Part shown: piece after piece, positions 37,195 to 47,182 of the stretch
Layout of the letters: every line of letters begins with the position of its first letter
Position numbering within the stretch: position 1 is the first letter of the stretch
From: Candidatus Fervidifonticultor secundus
Lineage (GTDB): Bacteria; Sysuimicrobiota; Sysuimicrobiia; Sysuimicrobiales; Humicultoraceae
NCBI GenBank assembly: GCA_031459385.1
Contig: JAVKIP010000006.1
Coordinates: 32,001-96,000, forward strand
DNA: 64,000 nt
Direction: 5' to 3'
Made by a program: the position numbers and the translations under genes
The notes under the pieces: generated by a model
What the model saw: only the letters and a program-made list of their open reading frames with translations
Told to the model about the DNA's origin: nothing
Database searches by the model: none

Positions 37195-38046
37195 TCACAC
37201 CCTCCAGCGGATGATCTTCCCCAGGAACGCACGCACGTCGAACGCAAGGTACCAGCCGATCAGGAAGATCAGCATGACCGCCAGGACAATGCTGGACATC
37301 GTCGCCGCCAGCGGGTAGTTCAGGACATCCAGGGCGCTGGTGATCGTGTTGCCCATGAGTTGATAGCCGAGGCCGCCCAACACGATCGGCACCGCACTCT
37401 CGCCGAAGGAACCGACGAAGCCGAAGATGATCGCCGCGAAGACGCCGGGGAGCGACAGGGGTAAGGTGACGCGGACGAGCGTCGTGCGAGGAGATGCCCC
37501 GAGCAGCCAGCTGGCCTCGATCAGACGCCGGTCAATCCCGGCGATCGCCAGCCACAACGGGTAGATCATGAACGGCATGTACGACGCGATCAACCCCACC
37601 GAAACCGAGAAGTCGCTGAAGAGCAACCAGTCCACCGGGCGCGAGACCACGCCGGCGCCAACCAACATGCGGTTGACGGGCCCGGTCCTGCTGAGCAGAT
37701 AGGCCAGGGAGAAGTTGCGGACGATGTAGTTGACCACGAAGGGCACGGTGAACAGAAGCAACACCGTGCGGCTGGTCTCCCGCCGCACATGCATTCCCAG
37801 GAAGTACGCAATGGGATAGGCAAGGACGAGTCCAACCGCCGTCACAATGGCCGCTTCGACCAGGCTCCGGCGGAGGATGAAGAAGCGCACGCCGGCAAAG
37901 AACTCCTCGTAGGAACGCAGCGTGAAAGCGGGCCGGATCCAGAATCCGGCCCGCTCCCAGAAGCTCGCGGTGACCGTCAGCGCCAGCGGGACGAGAAAGA
38001 AAACGGCGATGAACAGGATCGGAATGCCCAGAACCACATACCGCAC
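37195..38046 (-). CDS. PotB-like ABC permease (start uncertain)
   Basis: LAYPIAY, YMPFMIYP, EASWLLGA, VTLPLSLPG. Confidence 0.88.
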   Translation of the reverse strand: MRYVVLGIPILFIAVFFLVPLALTVTASFWERAGFWIRPAFTLRSYEEFFAGVRFFILRRSLVEAAIVTAVGLVLAYPIAYFLGMHVRRETSRTVLLLFTVPFVVNYIVRNFSLAYLLSRTGPVNRMLVGAGVVSRPVDWLLFSDFSVSVGLIASYMPFMIYPLWLAIAGIDRRLIEASWLLGASPRTTLVRVTLPLSLPGVFAAIIFGFVGSFGESAVPIVLGGLGYQLMGNTITSALDVLNYPLAATMSSIVLAVMLIFLIGWYLAFDVRAFLGKIIRWRV

Positions 38047-38072
38047 AGCAGAGGCCAGGACATCCCGCGCGC

Positions 38073-39272
38073 CTACCTGCCCGGCGCCGCTTTGAACCGC
38101 GCCCATTCCGCCTCGTATGCCTCGACATGGGTTGGCCATCGATTCTGCCAGGTGCCGCCCAGTTCGAACTTGCTCTTCACGTTGGCGTGAATCCTGGCGA
38201 TCTCCTGAGCTTCTGCGGCCTTGAACTCCCCGGGGGTCGCCCGCGCATAGGCAATAGCATCCGGATTGGTCATGTAGCCCCGCAGAAGACTGATCTTCGC
38301 GCCATACCATGGGCCGAGCATGAAGTTCAGCAGCTCGTAGATCGCCTGCGTCCGCTCCGGCGGCCGCTTCGGGTTGTTGACGATGTAGGCGGCCATCGTC
38401 CACAGGAGGTAGCCTTCCCTTGGCCGCGCGTACTCGACCTTGACTCCCTTCCTGCGGGCGGCGAAGACCATCGGCTCCCACGCATCCTCGATGTACACTT
38501 CACGCCGCACGAGGAGGTCCACGGCCTGCTCGAAGCTGGTCCAGATGACACGGAACTGGCCTTCCCGCTTTTTCTCGATGAGGAAGTCGATGACGGTCTT
38601 GATCTCGCTGGGGGTCATATCCGCGTGATTCTTGATGGTGGCCAGGTTGTTCTTCGACAGATAGAGCGCCGTTTTCTGTCCCGTGGTCGTGAAGTTGTCC
38701 TCCAACGCCACGTACCCGCGCCACTTGGGGTCAAACATCGCGGCATACGAGTCCAGCGGACCGGTGACCTCTGGCAGGTACGCGAAGGAGTCGCCCTGGA
38801 GGATGGTCGGCACCCCGTAGACCGTGCCCTTGTAAGCCACGAAGTCGAAGCCCGGCTTGCCCGGAGCAATGAAGTCGCGGATGTATGTGTTCCGTTTCCA
38901 GTTGGGCAGCCGATTCGTGTCGATGGGAACGATGAGCTTGTTCTCGACCAGGGGTTTCTGCATGCCGCCGACGATGTTGGCGATGTCGTACACCTGGGTT
39001 CCACCGCCAGCGATCAGCATGTTGAGGATCTGCGACGGCGCGTTGCCGATCGCCACGAGGTTGACGTCCCAGCCCGTCCGGTTCGTGAACCTGGACCAGT
39101 CCCCTCCCGGATCGCCGACACCGACGTCGGCCAGGTTGATCGTTCCCTTCCTCGCCGCGGCCGCCATAGACGGGAGGCTCCAGGGCCCCGCGCCCAGGAG
39201 GCCGGCGCCTGCCGCACCTGCTGCGTACTTCAAGAACTCCCTCCGGTTGACGTGCACGCGGTCACCAGCCAT
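38073..39272 (-). CDS. PotD-like substrate-binding protein with Tat signal
   Basis: NRREFLK twin-arginine motif; MFDPKWRG, PREGY. Confidence 0.85.
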   Translation of the reverse strand: MAGDRVHVNRREFLKYAAGAAGAGLLGAGPWSLPSMAAAARKGTINLADVGVGDPGGDWSRFTNRTGWDVNLVAIGNAPSQILNMLIAGGGTQVYDIANIVGGMQKPLVENKLIVPIDTNRLPNWKRNTYIRDFIAPGKPGFDFVAYKGTVYGVPTILQGDSFAYLPEVTGPLDSYAAMFDPKWRGYVALEDNFTTTGQKTALYLSKNNLATIKNHADMTPSEIKTVIDFLIEKKREGQFRVIWTSFEQAVDLLVRREVYIEDAWEPMVFAARRKGVKVEYARPREGYLLWTMAAYIVNNPKRPPERTQAIYELLNFMLGPWYGAKISLLRGYMTNPDAIAYARATPGEFKAAEAQEIARIHANVKSKFELGGTWQNRWPTHVEAYEAEWARFKAAPGR

Positions 39273-39659
39273 CGACGGCCCCCTTCCGCCCCGGAATATT
39301 CGGCCGATGAATCCTCGGCGCGGGTTCGCTGCGCGGCCGAGACTCTCCTCCTCCAAGCGAAAAAATCGAATCGCTCATCCGTGATCGTCAAACGAGAATT
39401 AACGGAGGGCGTCAGATAGTTCAGCCACGCAAGAAGAATCGCGGAGTCCTCCGACTCCTGATTTGGCAGGGACCGGTCAAGCGCTGCCGATCGATCTTCG
39501 TCTCATGGACCGCTCCAGGGCTTCCACCGACCGACGCCGACGGCCACGAGCGAGGAGGCTCCTGCTCGACGGTTGATCACTCTGATATCGGTTACGAAAA
39601 TGGTGCTACCTCATCGCCCCGCCGCCACGCTGGGAGAGCCGGGCTATGGGGTACGAGGG

Positions 39660-39977
39660 GCCACCAGGTACGCATCCTGGGCCTGGCGACCCAGGTCGAC
39701 AACGTCGTGGACTGGATCGAGGCGGCAGCGGCTCGCTTGGCCGACTCCGGGTGACCAGACACAGCCCGAGGCCCGTGAACGCGCCTACGTCATCGTCAGC
39801 ATCTGCGAGGCGGTGGCGGAGGCGGTGGCGGCACTGCGCAAGGGCAACCGCATCTCGGGCGCGTCCCGCGAGATCAACCGGCTCGAGAACCTGGCAGACC
39901 GGGTGCAGCGGCAGGCTGTCAGCCGGCTGTTCCGCGTGGAGTCCAACGCCATCGAGGTCATGAAGTGCAGGGCCTGA
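39660..39977 (+). pseudogene. DUF47 (PhoU-like phosphate-transport regulator) remnant
   Basis: ILGLATQVDNVVDWIEAAAARL, frameshift, then EINRLENLADRVQRQAVSRLF...IEVMK and stop. Confidence 0.7.
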
Positions 39978-40068
39978 CCGGCATCGGCTACGAGATGGTC
40001 TTCTCGCCGCTCGGCGGGATTCGATGATCATCGCGTGTGACGGTCGCGCCGCGCGGGCGCGCTCCAGG

Positions 40069-40584
40069 CTACGGGTTCCGCACCGACCCGGTCACGGCGT
40101 CGGCCGAGACCTCGCCTTCCATGATCCCCTCGCGCACCATTTCGTACGAACTCTGGATCTACGTGCTGGCCAGCCGGCTCGCCAACTCGGCATCGCCGGC
40201 GCGGACGACCGCGACCAAGTCGCGGTGCTCCTGGATCAAGGCGTCCGCCCGGTCGCGCACGTCGAGCCCCAGGTCGAACAGCAGCAGCCGCGGGTCGAAC
40301 AGCTCCTTGATCTGGCGGACGGCGATCGCGGGCACGACGTAGCCGCGGCCCGGGATGGCCTTGACGAATCCCTCCCGCTCAAGGAGCTTCAGGGCCTCAC
40401 GGGCCGACGCCCGGCTCAGGCCATACTGTCGCGCCACCTCGAGCTCGACCAGGCGGTCGCCCGGTCTGAGCTCACCCCGAATGGTCGCGTGCCGCAGCCG
40501 CCGGAACAGGCCGCTGGCGAAGGTGGTACCCGCCGCCGCCGCGGCGCGTGGCGACCGCGTGGAGGACCGTGCGGGGCGCTTCAT
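40069..40584 (-). pseudogene. GntR family regulator with internally deleted FCD domain and premature TAG
   Basis: Intact wHTH (GELRPGDRLVE...SRASAREAL), abrupt join to the FCD end (QEHRDLV..VRAGD), TAG at 40159-40161 followed by in-frame IQSSYEMVREGI. Confidence 0.7.
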
Positions 40585-40627
40585 CTCAGCCGATCTGCGG
40601 TATCTGACCAGCGGATCAGCCCGCTTA

Positions 40628-40656
40628 TTGACGCGCTCAGATCTGGGCCCTAGCAT
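40628..40656 (+). promoter_or_regulatory. Putative sigma70 promoter of the Dpp-type operon
   Basis: TTGACG-17 bp-TAGCAT; overlaps the palindromes CAGATCTG and AGCATGCT. Confidence 0.55.
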
Positions 40657-40904
40657 GCTGCCAGGGCCCGGGCCGGTCAACACGCAGATCGTCTTGGACG
40701 GAGCCGTGGGGGTGGAGATGGCGGTCGTGCGCCGGGCGCCCTCCGGCACCGCATCGATGGCCGGGGGGGTCCGAGACCGTCTACGCGTCCGCCGCCGACC
40801 TGACGGCCGGAACGCTGACGGTCATGCGAGACGATCCGTGTCGCGTGCCGGATGCCTGACTGTGCGCCGCCGGCAGCGACACCTCGAGTAAGGAGGACAC
40901 AGAA

Positions 40905-42434
40905 ATGCGCTCCTCGCACCAGCGCCTACCCCGCCGTGCCGTGGCGATCGCCGTCGCAGTGCTGCTTGCGGCGGCGCTCGCGCCCACGGAGCTGGGCGCG
41001 CAGGGCCAGCCAGCCCGGACGTTGCGCGTCGCCATCGTGTCCGACGTCAACACGTTGGATCCGCACATGACCGCGACCGTGCAGACCGACCTCAGCGTCA
41101 TCAGCCACATCTACACCAGCCTGGTCGTCCGCGGCCCCGACCTGGCCCTGCGGCCGGCCGCGGCCACTTCGTGGCGTGTCGTCTCCGACACCGTGTGGCG
41201 CTTCACCCTGCGCGAGGACATCAGGTTCGAGAACGGGGAGCGGCTCAACGCCCAGGTGGTCAAGTGGAACATCGACCGCGTTCGCGCGCCCGAGACCCGG
41301 GCCCGCATCCGGCCGTGGTTCGAGCTCGTCGAGGAGGTCCGCGTCGTGGACGGCCGGACCGTGGACATCGTGACCAAGGCGCCCTACCCTGCGCTGGCCG
41401 ACCAGCTCTCGATGTTCTTCCTCTTGCCGCCCGACTGGGCGTCGAAGAACAACCCGGCGGCGCAGGCGATGGGCAGCGGCCCGTACCGGCTGCGCGAGTG
41501 GGTGCGGGACGACCGGATCGTCCTCGAGGCGAGCCCCTCGTACTGGGGCCAGCGGCCGCCGTTCCAGACGTTGATTTTCAGGGCGATTCCCGAGGCCTCG
41601 ACCCGAGTGGCGGCGCTGCTGGCCGGCGACGTCGACATCATCACGGGGGTCGCGCCCACGGACTTCGGACGGCTGAGCGGCAACCCGGCGACACAGGTGG
41701 GCGCGACGCCCAGCATCCGCAGCGCGTTCGTCAAGCTCAACACGCTCCGGAAGCCGCTGGACGACGTCCGCGTGCGCCAGGCGCTGAACTACGCGGTGGA
41801 CAAGGACGCCCTGGTGCGCAACCTGCTCGGCAACCTGACCACGAAGAGCAACTGCCAGGTGCTCACCCCGGCCTACTTCGGCTACAACGAGGACCTCAGG
41901 CCCTACCCGTACGATCCCGCCCGGGCGCGCGCGCTGCTGCAGGAGGCCGGGCTTGCGGGCGGCTTCGAGACCGAGTTCGACGTGCCGGTGGGAGTCTATC
42001 TCCTTGGTGAGGTGCTCTCCCAGGCGATCACACGGCAGCTCGAGCAGGTGGGCGTACGGGCACGGATCACCGAGATGCCGTTCTCGGTGTACATGAACAA
42101 GTACCTTCCGCAGCAGAACCTGGCGCCGATGTCGTACCTGACCCAGGCCTGGCCGACGGTCGACGCCGACGGGCTCCTCTCGCTCTTCGAGGCGGGCAAT
42201 CAGTACGCGTACTGGAACGACACACAGTTCCGGGACCTGCTGGTCGCCGCCCGCTCGACGCACAACCGGGCGCGGCGCCTGGCGCTTTACAAGCAAGCGA
42301 CCGAGCGGATGTGCCAGCAGGCGCCGGTGATCTTCCTGTTTCCGCAGCCGGCCACCTACGCCGTGCGCCGCACGCTCGACTGGAAGGCGCGGCCCGACGA
42401 CTGGGTCCGCGCGATGGACGTGCGCCTCCGGTAG
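40905..42434 (+). CDS. Peptide/nickel ABC substrate-binding protein (family 5)
   Basis: TLDPH, WRFTLRE, GSGPY, RVRQALNYAVD, YDPARARALL; AAGGAGG RBS. Confidence 0.92.
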   Translation: MRSSHQRLPRRAVAIAVAVLLAAALAPTELGAQGQPARTLRVAIVSDVNTLDPHMTATVQTDLSVISHIYTSLVVRGPDLALRPAAATSWRVVSDTVWRFTLREDIRFENGERLNAQVVKWNIDRVRAPETRARIRPWFELVEEVRVVDGRTVDIVTKAPYPALADQLSMFFLLPPDWASKNNPAAQAMGSGPYRLREWVRDDRIVLEASPSYWGQRPPFQTLIFRAIPEASTRVAALLAGDVDIITGVAPTDFGRLSGNPATQVGATPSIRSAFVKLNTLRKPLDDVRVRQALNYAVDKDALVRNLLGNLTTKSNCQVLTPAYFGYNEDLRPYPYDPARARALLQEAGLAGGFETEFDVPVGVYLLGEVLSQAITRQLEQVGVRARITEMPFSVYMNKYLPQQNLAPMSYLTQAWPTVDADGLLSLFEAGNQYAYWNDTQFRDLLVAARSTHNRARRLALYKQATERMCQQAPVIFLFPQPATYAVRRTLDWKARPDDWVRAMDVRLR

Positions 42435-42468
42435 GACGCGGCGACGAGCCCGCGGGGACGCGGCGGCG

Positions 42469-43386
42469 GTGCGGGGATACATCCTGTCGCGGCTGCGCGA
42501 TGCGCTCATTGCCGTGTGGGGCGTCCTGACGATCGTTTTCGTCGTGCTGAGGCTCTCCGGCGACCCCGTCATCCTGCTCCTCCCCGTGGGCGCCACGCCC
42601 GAGCAGGCCCGGGAGCTCAGGCACGAGCTCGGGCTCGACCGGCCCCTGCCGGTGCAGTACTGGGAGTTCCTGCGGCGGGTGGCGCGGGGCGACTTCGCGA
42701 CGTCGCTCCGCGCCGGCCAGCCGGCACTGGGACTCGTGCTCGAGCGGCTCCCCGCGACCGGGCGCCTGGCGCTCGGGGCACTGGCACTTGCCTGCCTGGT
42801 GGGCGGGACGGCGGGCATCCTCGCCGCGGCCTATCGCGGCACTGTCGTGGAGCTTGCGGCGATGGGCACTGCGCTCCTGGGTCAGGCGATGCCCGTGTTC
42901 TGGCTGGGCATTCTGCTCATCCTCGTCTTCGGCGTGCAGCTCCGCTGGCTGCCGGCGGGCGGGAGCGAAACCGCCCGCCACATGATCCTGCCGATGGTGA
43001 CGCTCGCGGCATACTCCAGCGCCAGCATCGCGCGGTTGCTGCGCTCGAGCTTGCTCGAGGTCCTCAACCAGGACTACGTGCGTACTGCCAGGAGCAAGGG
43101 GCTCGCCGGCTGGGTCGTCCTGCTGCGCCACGCCCTGCCCAACGCGCTCCTGCCGGTGGTGACGATCCTCGGCCTGCAGGCGGGGACACTCCTGGGCGGG
43201 TCGGTCATCACCGAGACGATCTTCGCGTGGCCGGGCGTGGGGCGACTCGCGATCCAGGCGATCCAGAACCGCGACTTCCCGGTGGTGCAGGCGGCGGTCA
43301 CCGTGGTGGCCGTGACGTTCGTCCTCATCAACCTGCTCGTCGACCTCCTGTACGCCTACATCGACCCGCGGGTCCGTTTCGCCTGA
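42469..43386 (+). CDS. DppB-like ABC permease
   Basis: GLDRPL..QY, DYVRTARSKG, ETIFAWPG, DPRVR. Confidence 0.92.
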   Translation: MRGYILSRLRDALIAVWGVLTIVFVVLRLSGDPVILLLPVGATPEQARELRHELGLDRPLPVQYWEFLRRVARGDFATSLRAGQPALGLVLERLPATGRLALGALALACLVGGTAGILAAAYRGTVVELAAMGTALLGQAMPVFWLGILLILVFGVQLRWLPAGGSETARHMILPMVTLAAYSSASIARLLRSSLLEVLNQDYVRTARSKGLAGWVVLLRHALPNALLPVVTILGLQAGTLLGGSVITETIFAWPGVGRLAIQAIQNRDFPVVQAAVTVVAVTFVLINLLVDLLYAYIDPRVRFA

Positions 43387-43387
43387 G

Positions 43388-44302
43388 GTGACCGGTGGCA
43401 TGGCCGCGTCCAACCCGCCCGTGGTCTCCGGCGCCCCGGCGACGCCGGGGCGCCGGCGCCGCCGGATCCGCGGCTCCACGGTGGCGGGCGCGGTGGGGTG
43501 GATCCTGCTCGGAGCCGTGGTCGCGGTGGCCGTCCTCGCACCGGTGCTCGCGCCGCACGACCCGCTGCACCAGGATCTGGAGCTGCGTGCCGGCGCGCCG
43601 ACCATCACACGGTCCGCTCTCGGCGCGCACCCGCTGGGCAACGACCAGCTCGGCCGGGACATACTGAGCCGGCTGATCTACGGCAGCCGGGTGTCGCTTG
43701 TCGTGGGATCGATCGCCGTCCTGCTCGGCGGGTCGGTCGGCGTCACCCTCGGCATCGCGGCCGGCTATTTCGGCGGCTGGGCCGACCGGATCATCATGCG
43801 GGCCGCGGACATCCAGCTCGCATTTCCGTTCATCCTCCTGGCGATGATCATCATCGCGGTCGCCGGCCCGGGGATCACCAAGTTGATCGGCGTCCTGGCG
43901 CTCAGCGGGTGGGTGACGTACGCACGAGTCGTACGGTCGGAGGTGCTCTCGGTGCGCGAGCGCGAATTTGTTCAGGCTGCACGCGTGGTGGGCCTGCGGG
44001 ATGGACGCATCATGCTCCGCCACATCCTCCCGAACGTGACCGCCCCGGTCATCGTGGTGGCCACGCTCGAGCTGGCGCGTGTGGTGATCCTGGAGGCCGC
44101 GTTGAGCTTCCTCGGACTGGGCGTGCAGCCGCCAACGCCGAGCTGGGGGCGCATGCTCGCCGACGGCCGCGACTTCCTGGCCACCGCATGGTGGATCTCC
44201 ACGTTCCCGGGCCTGGCACTCATGGCGCTGGTCCTAGGCGTGAACCTGGTCGGCGACTGGCTCCGGGACGTGCTGGATCCGCGGATCCGATACGCCAGCT
44301 AG
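43388..44302 (+). CDS. DppC-like ABC permease
   Basis: HPLGNDQLGRD, RHILPN, LSFLGLG, SWG. Confidence 0.92.
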   Translation: MTGGMAASNPPVVSGAPATPGRRRRRIRGSTVAGAVGWILLGAVVAVAVLAPVLAPHDPLHQDLELRAGAPTITRSALGAHPLGNDQLGRDILSRLIYGSRVSLVVGSIAVLLGGSVGVTLGIAAGYFGGWADRIIMRAADIQLAFPFILLAMIIIAVAGPGITKLIGVLALSGWVTYARVVRSEVLSVREREFVQAARVVGLRDGRIMLRHILPNVTAPVIVVATLELARVVILEAALSFLGLGVQPPTPSWGRMLADGRDFLATAWWISTFPGLALMALVLGVNLVGDWLRDVLDPRIRYAS

Positions 44303-44330
44303 TGCCGGCCTGAAGGGAGCGATCAGCACG

Positions 44331-45512
44331 ATGCCGAACGGGCCTGTCCCCGAGCGGGTACGGCGGCTGCGCGAGGGCATGCGGGCGCGCGGCCTCGACG
44401 CGCTCGTCTGCCTGAAGCCGCAGAACACCTTCTACGTGAGCGACTTCAACCCGGTCATCTACAGCCACCCCGTGGTGACGGTGCTGCCGGCGGAGGGCGA
44501 GCCGGTGCTCCTCGTCCACGCACTGCGCGACGACCACGCGCGGGCGTCGTCGTGGATCGGCCACGTGCGCCTCTTCGGCGCCTGGTCGACCAAGCAGACC
44601 ATGGGACCGGACTGGCTGGCGGCGCTGCGCGCGATCCTCGTCGAGCTGGGCGCGGCCTCCGGCCGCCTGGGCGTCGAGTTCGACTTCCTCCCGGTGGGCG
44701 TCATGAGGCAGATGGAGGGGCTCCTGCCACAGGCACGGCTGGAAGACGCCTCGGACGTGGTCAACCATGCGCGGCTCGTCAAGGATCCCGTCGAGCTCGA
44801 GAGGATGCGGCGGGCCGCGTTCCTCGCCGACCGCGGGATGGAGGCGGCCATCGCCGCTGCGGCCGAACGTCGGAGCGAGCGTGAGATCAGCCTGGCGGCG
44901 ATGGCCGCGATGAATGGGGTCTGGGCCGAGCGTTTCCCGCAGACCGAGGTGGCGGACTTTGGGAGCCTGGAAGGCGGCGTGATGAACGGCCTGTGGTGCT
45001 ACTGTCTGATCGGCGACCGCATCCCGATGAACTGCGACGTGCCGACGACGCGTAGGCCTGCCGAAGGGGAGTTCGGGCTGATCGTCATCTGGACGGTCTG
45101 TGACGGCATGCACGCGGAGAACGAGCGCACCGTGGCCTTCGGGCCGCCCGACCCTGAGCGCCGTCGGATGTACGACGCCATCCTGCGTGTGCGTACCGAG
45201 GTCGCGTCGGCGATCCGCCCCGGCGCCACGTGCGCCGATGTCTACCGCGCCGCCCGGGCAGTCTACGAGAGCCAGGGCTACGGGCAGTACCTGCCCGGCC
45301 GGATCGGGCACGGCCTGGGGCTTGGACCGCACGAGCACCCCTCGCTGGGGCCGGCGGATGCGACGCGGCTTGAGCCCGGCATGGTGCTGACGTTCGAACC
45401 GAACCTGCGCATCCCCGGGCTGGGCGGGATGCAGCACTCGGACACCATACTGGTCACCGACGGAGGGTTCGAGTTCGTGACCGACCTGCGTCGGGACTAC
45501 ATTCAGGTCTGA
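44331..45512 (+). CDS. M24-fold hydrolase, creatinase-like (several metal ligands substituted)
   Basis: Creatinase-N domain, GHGLG..HEHP, TFEP; AENERT and QHSDT replace the D/E ligand motifs. Confidence 0.8.
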   Translation: MPNGPVPERVRRLREGMRARGLDALVCLKPQNTFYVSDFNPVIYSHPVVTVLPAEGEPVLLVHALRDDHARASSWIGHVRLFGAWSTKQTMGPDWLAALRAILVELGAASGRLGVEFDFLPVGVMRQMEGLLPQARLEDASDVVNHARLVKDPVELERMRRAAFLADRGMEAAIAAAAERRSEREISLAAMAAMNGVWAERFPQTEVADFGSLEGGVMNGLWCYCLIGDRIPMNCDVPTTRRPAEGEFGLIVIWTVCDGMHAENERTVAFGPPDPERRRMYDAILRVRTEVASAIRPGATCADVYRAARAVYESQGYGQYLPGRIGHGLGLGPHEHPSLGPADATRLEPGMVLTFEPNLRIPGLGGMQHSDTILVTDGGFEFVTDLRRDYIQV

Positions 45513-45524
45513 GGTGGATCGGGC

Positions 45525-46496
45525 ATGACGCGACACGAGCGCGTGCGGGCCGCGCTGGCGGGCGAGCCGGTCGATCGGGTCCCCATCAGCTTCTGGCAGC
45601 ACTTCCCGGGGCAGGACCAGCACGCTGACACCCTGGCCGACGCGACGATCCGCTACCAGCGCCGGTTCGACCTCGACCTCGTCAAGCTCATGCCCACGGG
45701 AATGTACAGCGTCGTGGACTACGGCGTCTCGGTCGTGCCGTCCGGCGACAGCATCGGGACGACCCGGCATGCGGCCGGCCCGATCCGCGAGCCGGGGGAC
45801 TGGGCGCGGCTGCCCACCGTCTCACCCGCGCGCGGCGCCCTGGCCGTCCAGGTGGAGGCGGTGCGGCTGGTGCGGCGGGGCCTGGGGCCGGACGTCCCCA
45901 TCCTGCAGACGATCTTCAGCCCGCTCACCATGGCCGCCAAGATCGCCGGCGGCAACGCGCAGCTGACGCTTGCCGGGCACGAGGCGGCGCTCGAGCCAGC
46001 CCAGGCACGTCTGGCCGAAGACGTCATCGCCTTCGGGCGCGCGTGTCTAGACGGTGGCGCCGACGGCTTCTTCTTCGCGACGCAGCTCGCCAACGGGGCA
46101 GCGCCACCGGGGTGGTACGAGCGGCTCGGCGTGCGCTACGATCTCCACGTGCTGGAGGCGCTGCGGCCGCGGTCGTGGGCGCTGTGGCTCCACCTCCACG
46201 GCGATGACCCGCTGTTCGAGCTGGCCGACCGGTACCCGATCGACGGGGTCAACTGGCATGCCCGGGAGACGCAGCCGTCGCTCGCGGCCGCAATGCTACG
46301 GACGCGGCGCGGGCTTGTGGGCGGCGTGGCGAGAATGGGACCGATCGCCTCCGGCAGGCCCGAGGAGGTCGTCGCCGAGGTCCGCGATGCGATCGCACAG
46401 ACCGGCGGTGCGCGCCTGATCGTGGCCCCGGGGTGCGTGATCCCCACCACGGCGCCGGAGCGGAACCTGGAGGCCCTGCGGCGTGCGGTCGGCTGA
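45525..46496 (+). CDS. Uroporphyrinogen decarboxylase (URO-D)-like family protein
   Basis: GEPVDRVP..FWQHF, DLVKLM, TIFSPLT, LHLHG, APGCVIP. Confidence 0.85.
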   Translation: MTRHERVRAALAGEPVDRVPISFWQHFPGQDQHADTLADATIRYQRRFDLDLVKLMPTGMYSVVDYGVSVVPSGDSIGTTRHAAGPIREPGDWARLPTVSPARGALAVQVEAVRLVRRGLGPDVPILQTIFSPLTMAAKIAGGNAQLTLAGHEAALEPAQARLAEDVIAFGRACLDGGADGFFFATQLANGAAPPGWYERLGVRYDLHVLEALRPRSWALWLHLHGDDPLFELADRYPIDGVNWHARETQPSLAAAMLRTRRGLVGGVARMGPIASGRPEEVVAEVRDAIAQTGGARLIVAPGCVIPTTAPERNLEALRRAVG

Positions 46497-46546
46497 CGCT
46501 GCGGATCGCCGGGCGCGGGTTCACTTCTGCGGAGGGAGGTGCACCG

Positions 46547-47035
46547 ATGGCTGAGCACACGGACGGGAAGGTCGCGGGCATCTTCATCGCCGCGCTCGCC
46601 GGCACCATGCCGGCCGGGGTGCCGCGGGCGCTCGCGGTCGCCGGCCGCGGGCTGGACGGCGACCGTTATGGATCGGGCACCGGTACCTGGTCGGACCGGC
46701 CGGGCGGTGGGCGCCAGCTCACGCTGATCGCTCAGGAAGACCTCGACGAGGTGGGGCGCGTGCACGGGATCCGAATCGACGCCGCGGCCTCGCGGCGCAA
46801 TGTGTTGACGACCGGGATCGACCTGCGATCGCTGGTGGGGCAGCGCTTCAGGGTCGGGCAGGCCCTGTGTCTGGGTATCCGCCTCTGCGAGCCGTGTTCC
46901 TACCTCGAGGAGAAGACGCAGCCGGGCGTGCTCCGGGCCTTCCTGCACCGCGCCGGGCTGCGGGCCGACATCCTCGAAGGCGGTGAGATCGCGGTCGGCG
47001 ACCCCATCCGCGGGGCCGGCGAGGCCTCCCCCTGA
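46547..47035 (+). CDS. MOSC domain protein
   Basis: GLDGDRY, RQLTLI, RRNVLT, CEPC, GLRADI. Confidence 0.88.
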   Translation: MAEHTDGKVAGIFIAALAGTMPAGVPRALAVAGRGLDGDRYGSGTGTWSDRPGGGRQLTLIAQEDLDEVGRVHGIRIDAAASRRNVLTTGIDLRSLVGQRFRVGQALCLGIRLCEPCSYLEEKTQPGVLRAFLHRAGLRADILEGGEIAVGDPIRGAGEASP

Positions 47036-47182
47036 GCCTCCCCGGGGCCTACAGCAGCATGCGCCGCTCGCGGTCGTAGTGCTTCCCCAGGAGCGCCGGG
47101 ATCTGCAGCCGCCGGAAGCTCGGCATCATTACCGCCATTGTCGCCAGGTGCACCATCGGGAGGGACGCGCCAGCCAGGCCGA

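Noticed and set aside
40159..40161. In-frame TAG as pyrrolysine or readthrough
   Set aside because: It lies in an already deleted regulator gene and no pyl genes are seen; simple decay is more likely.
47050..47180. Minus-strand fragment MMPSFRRLQIPALLGKHYDRERRMLL after the integrase
   Set aside because: Too short to assign and contains no integrase C-terminal motifs.
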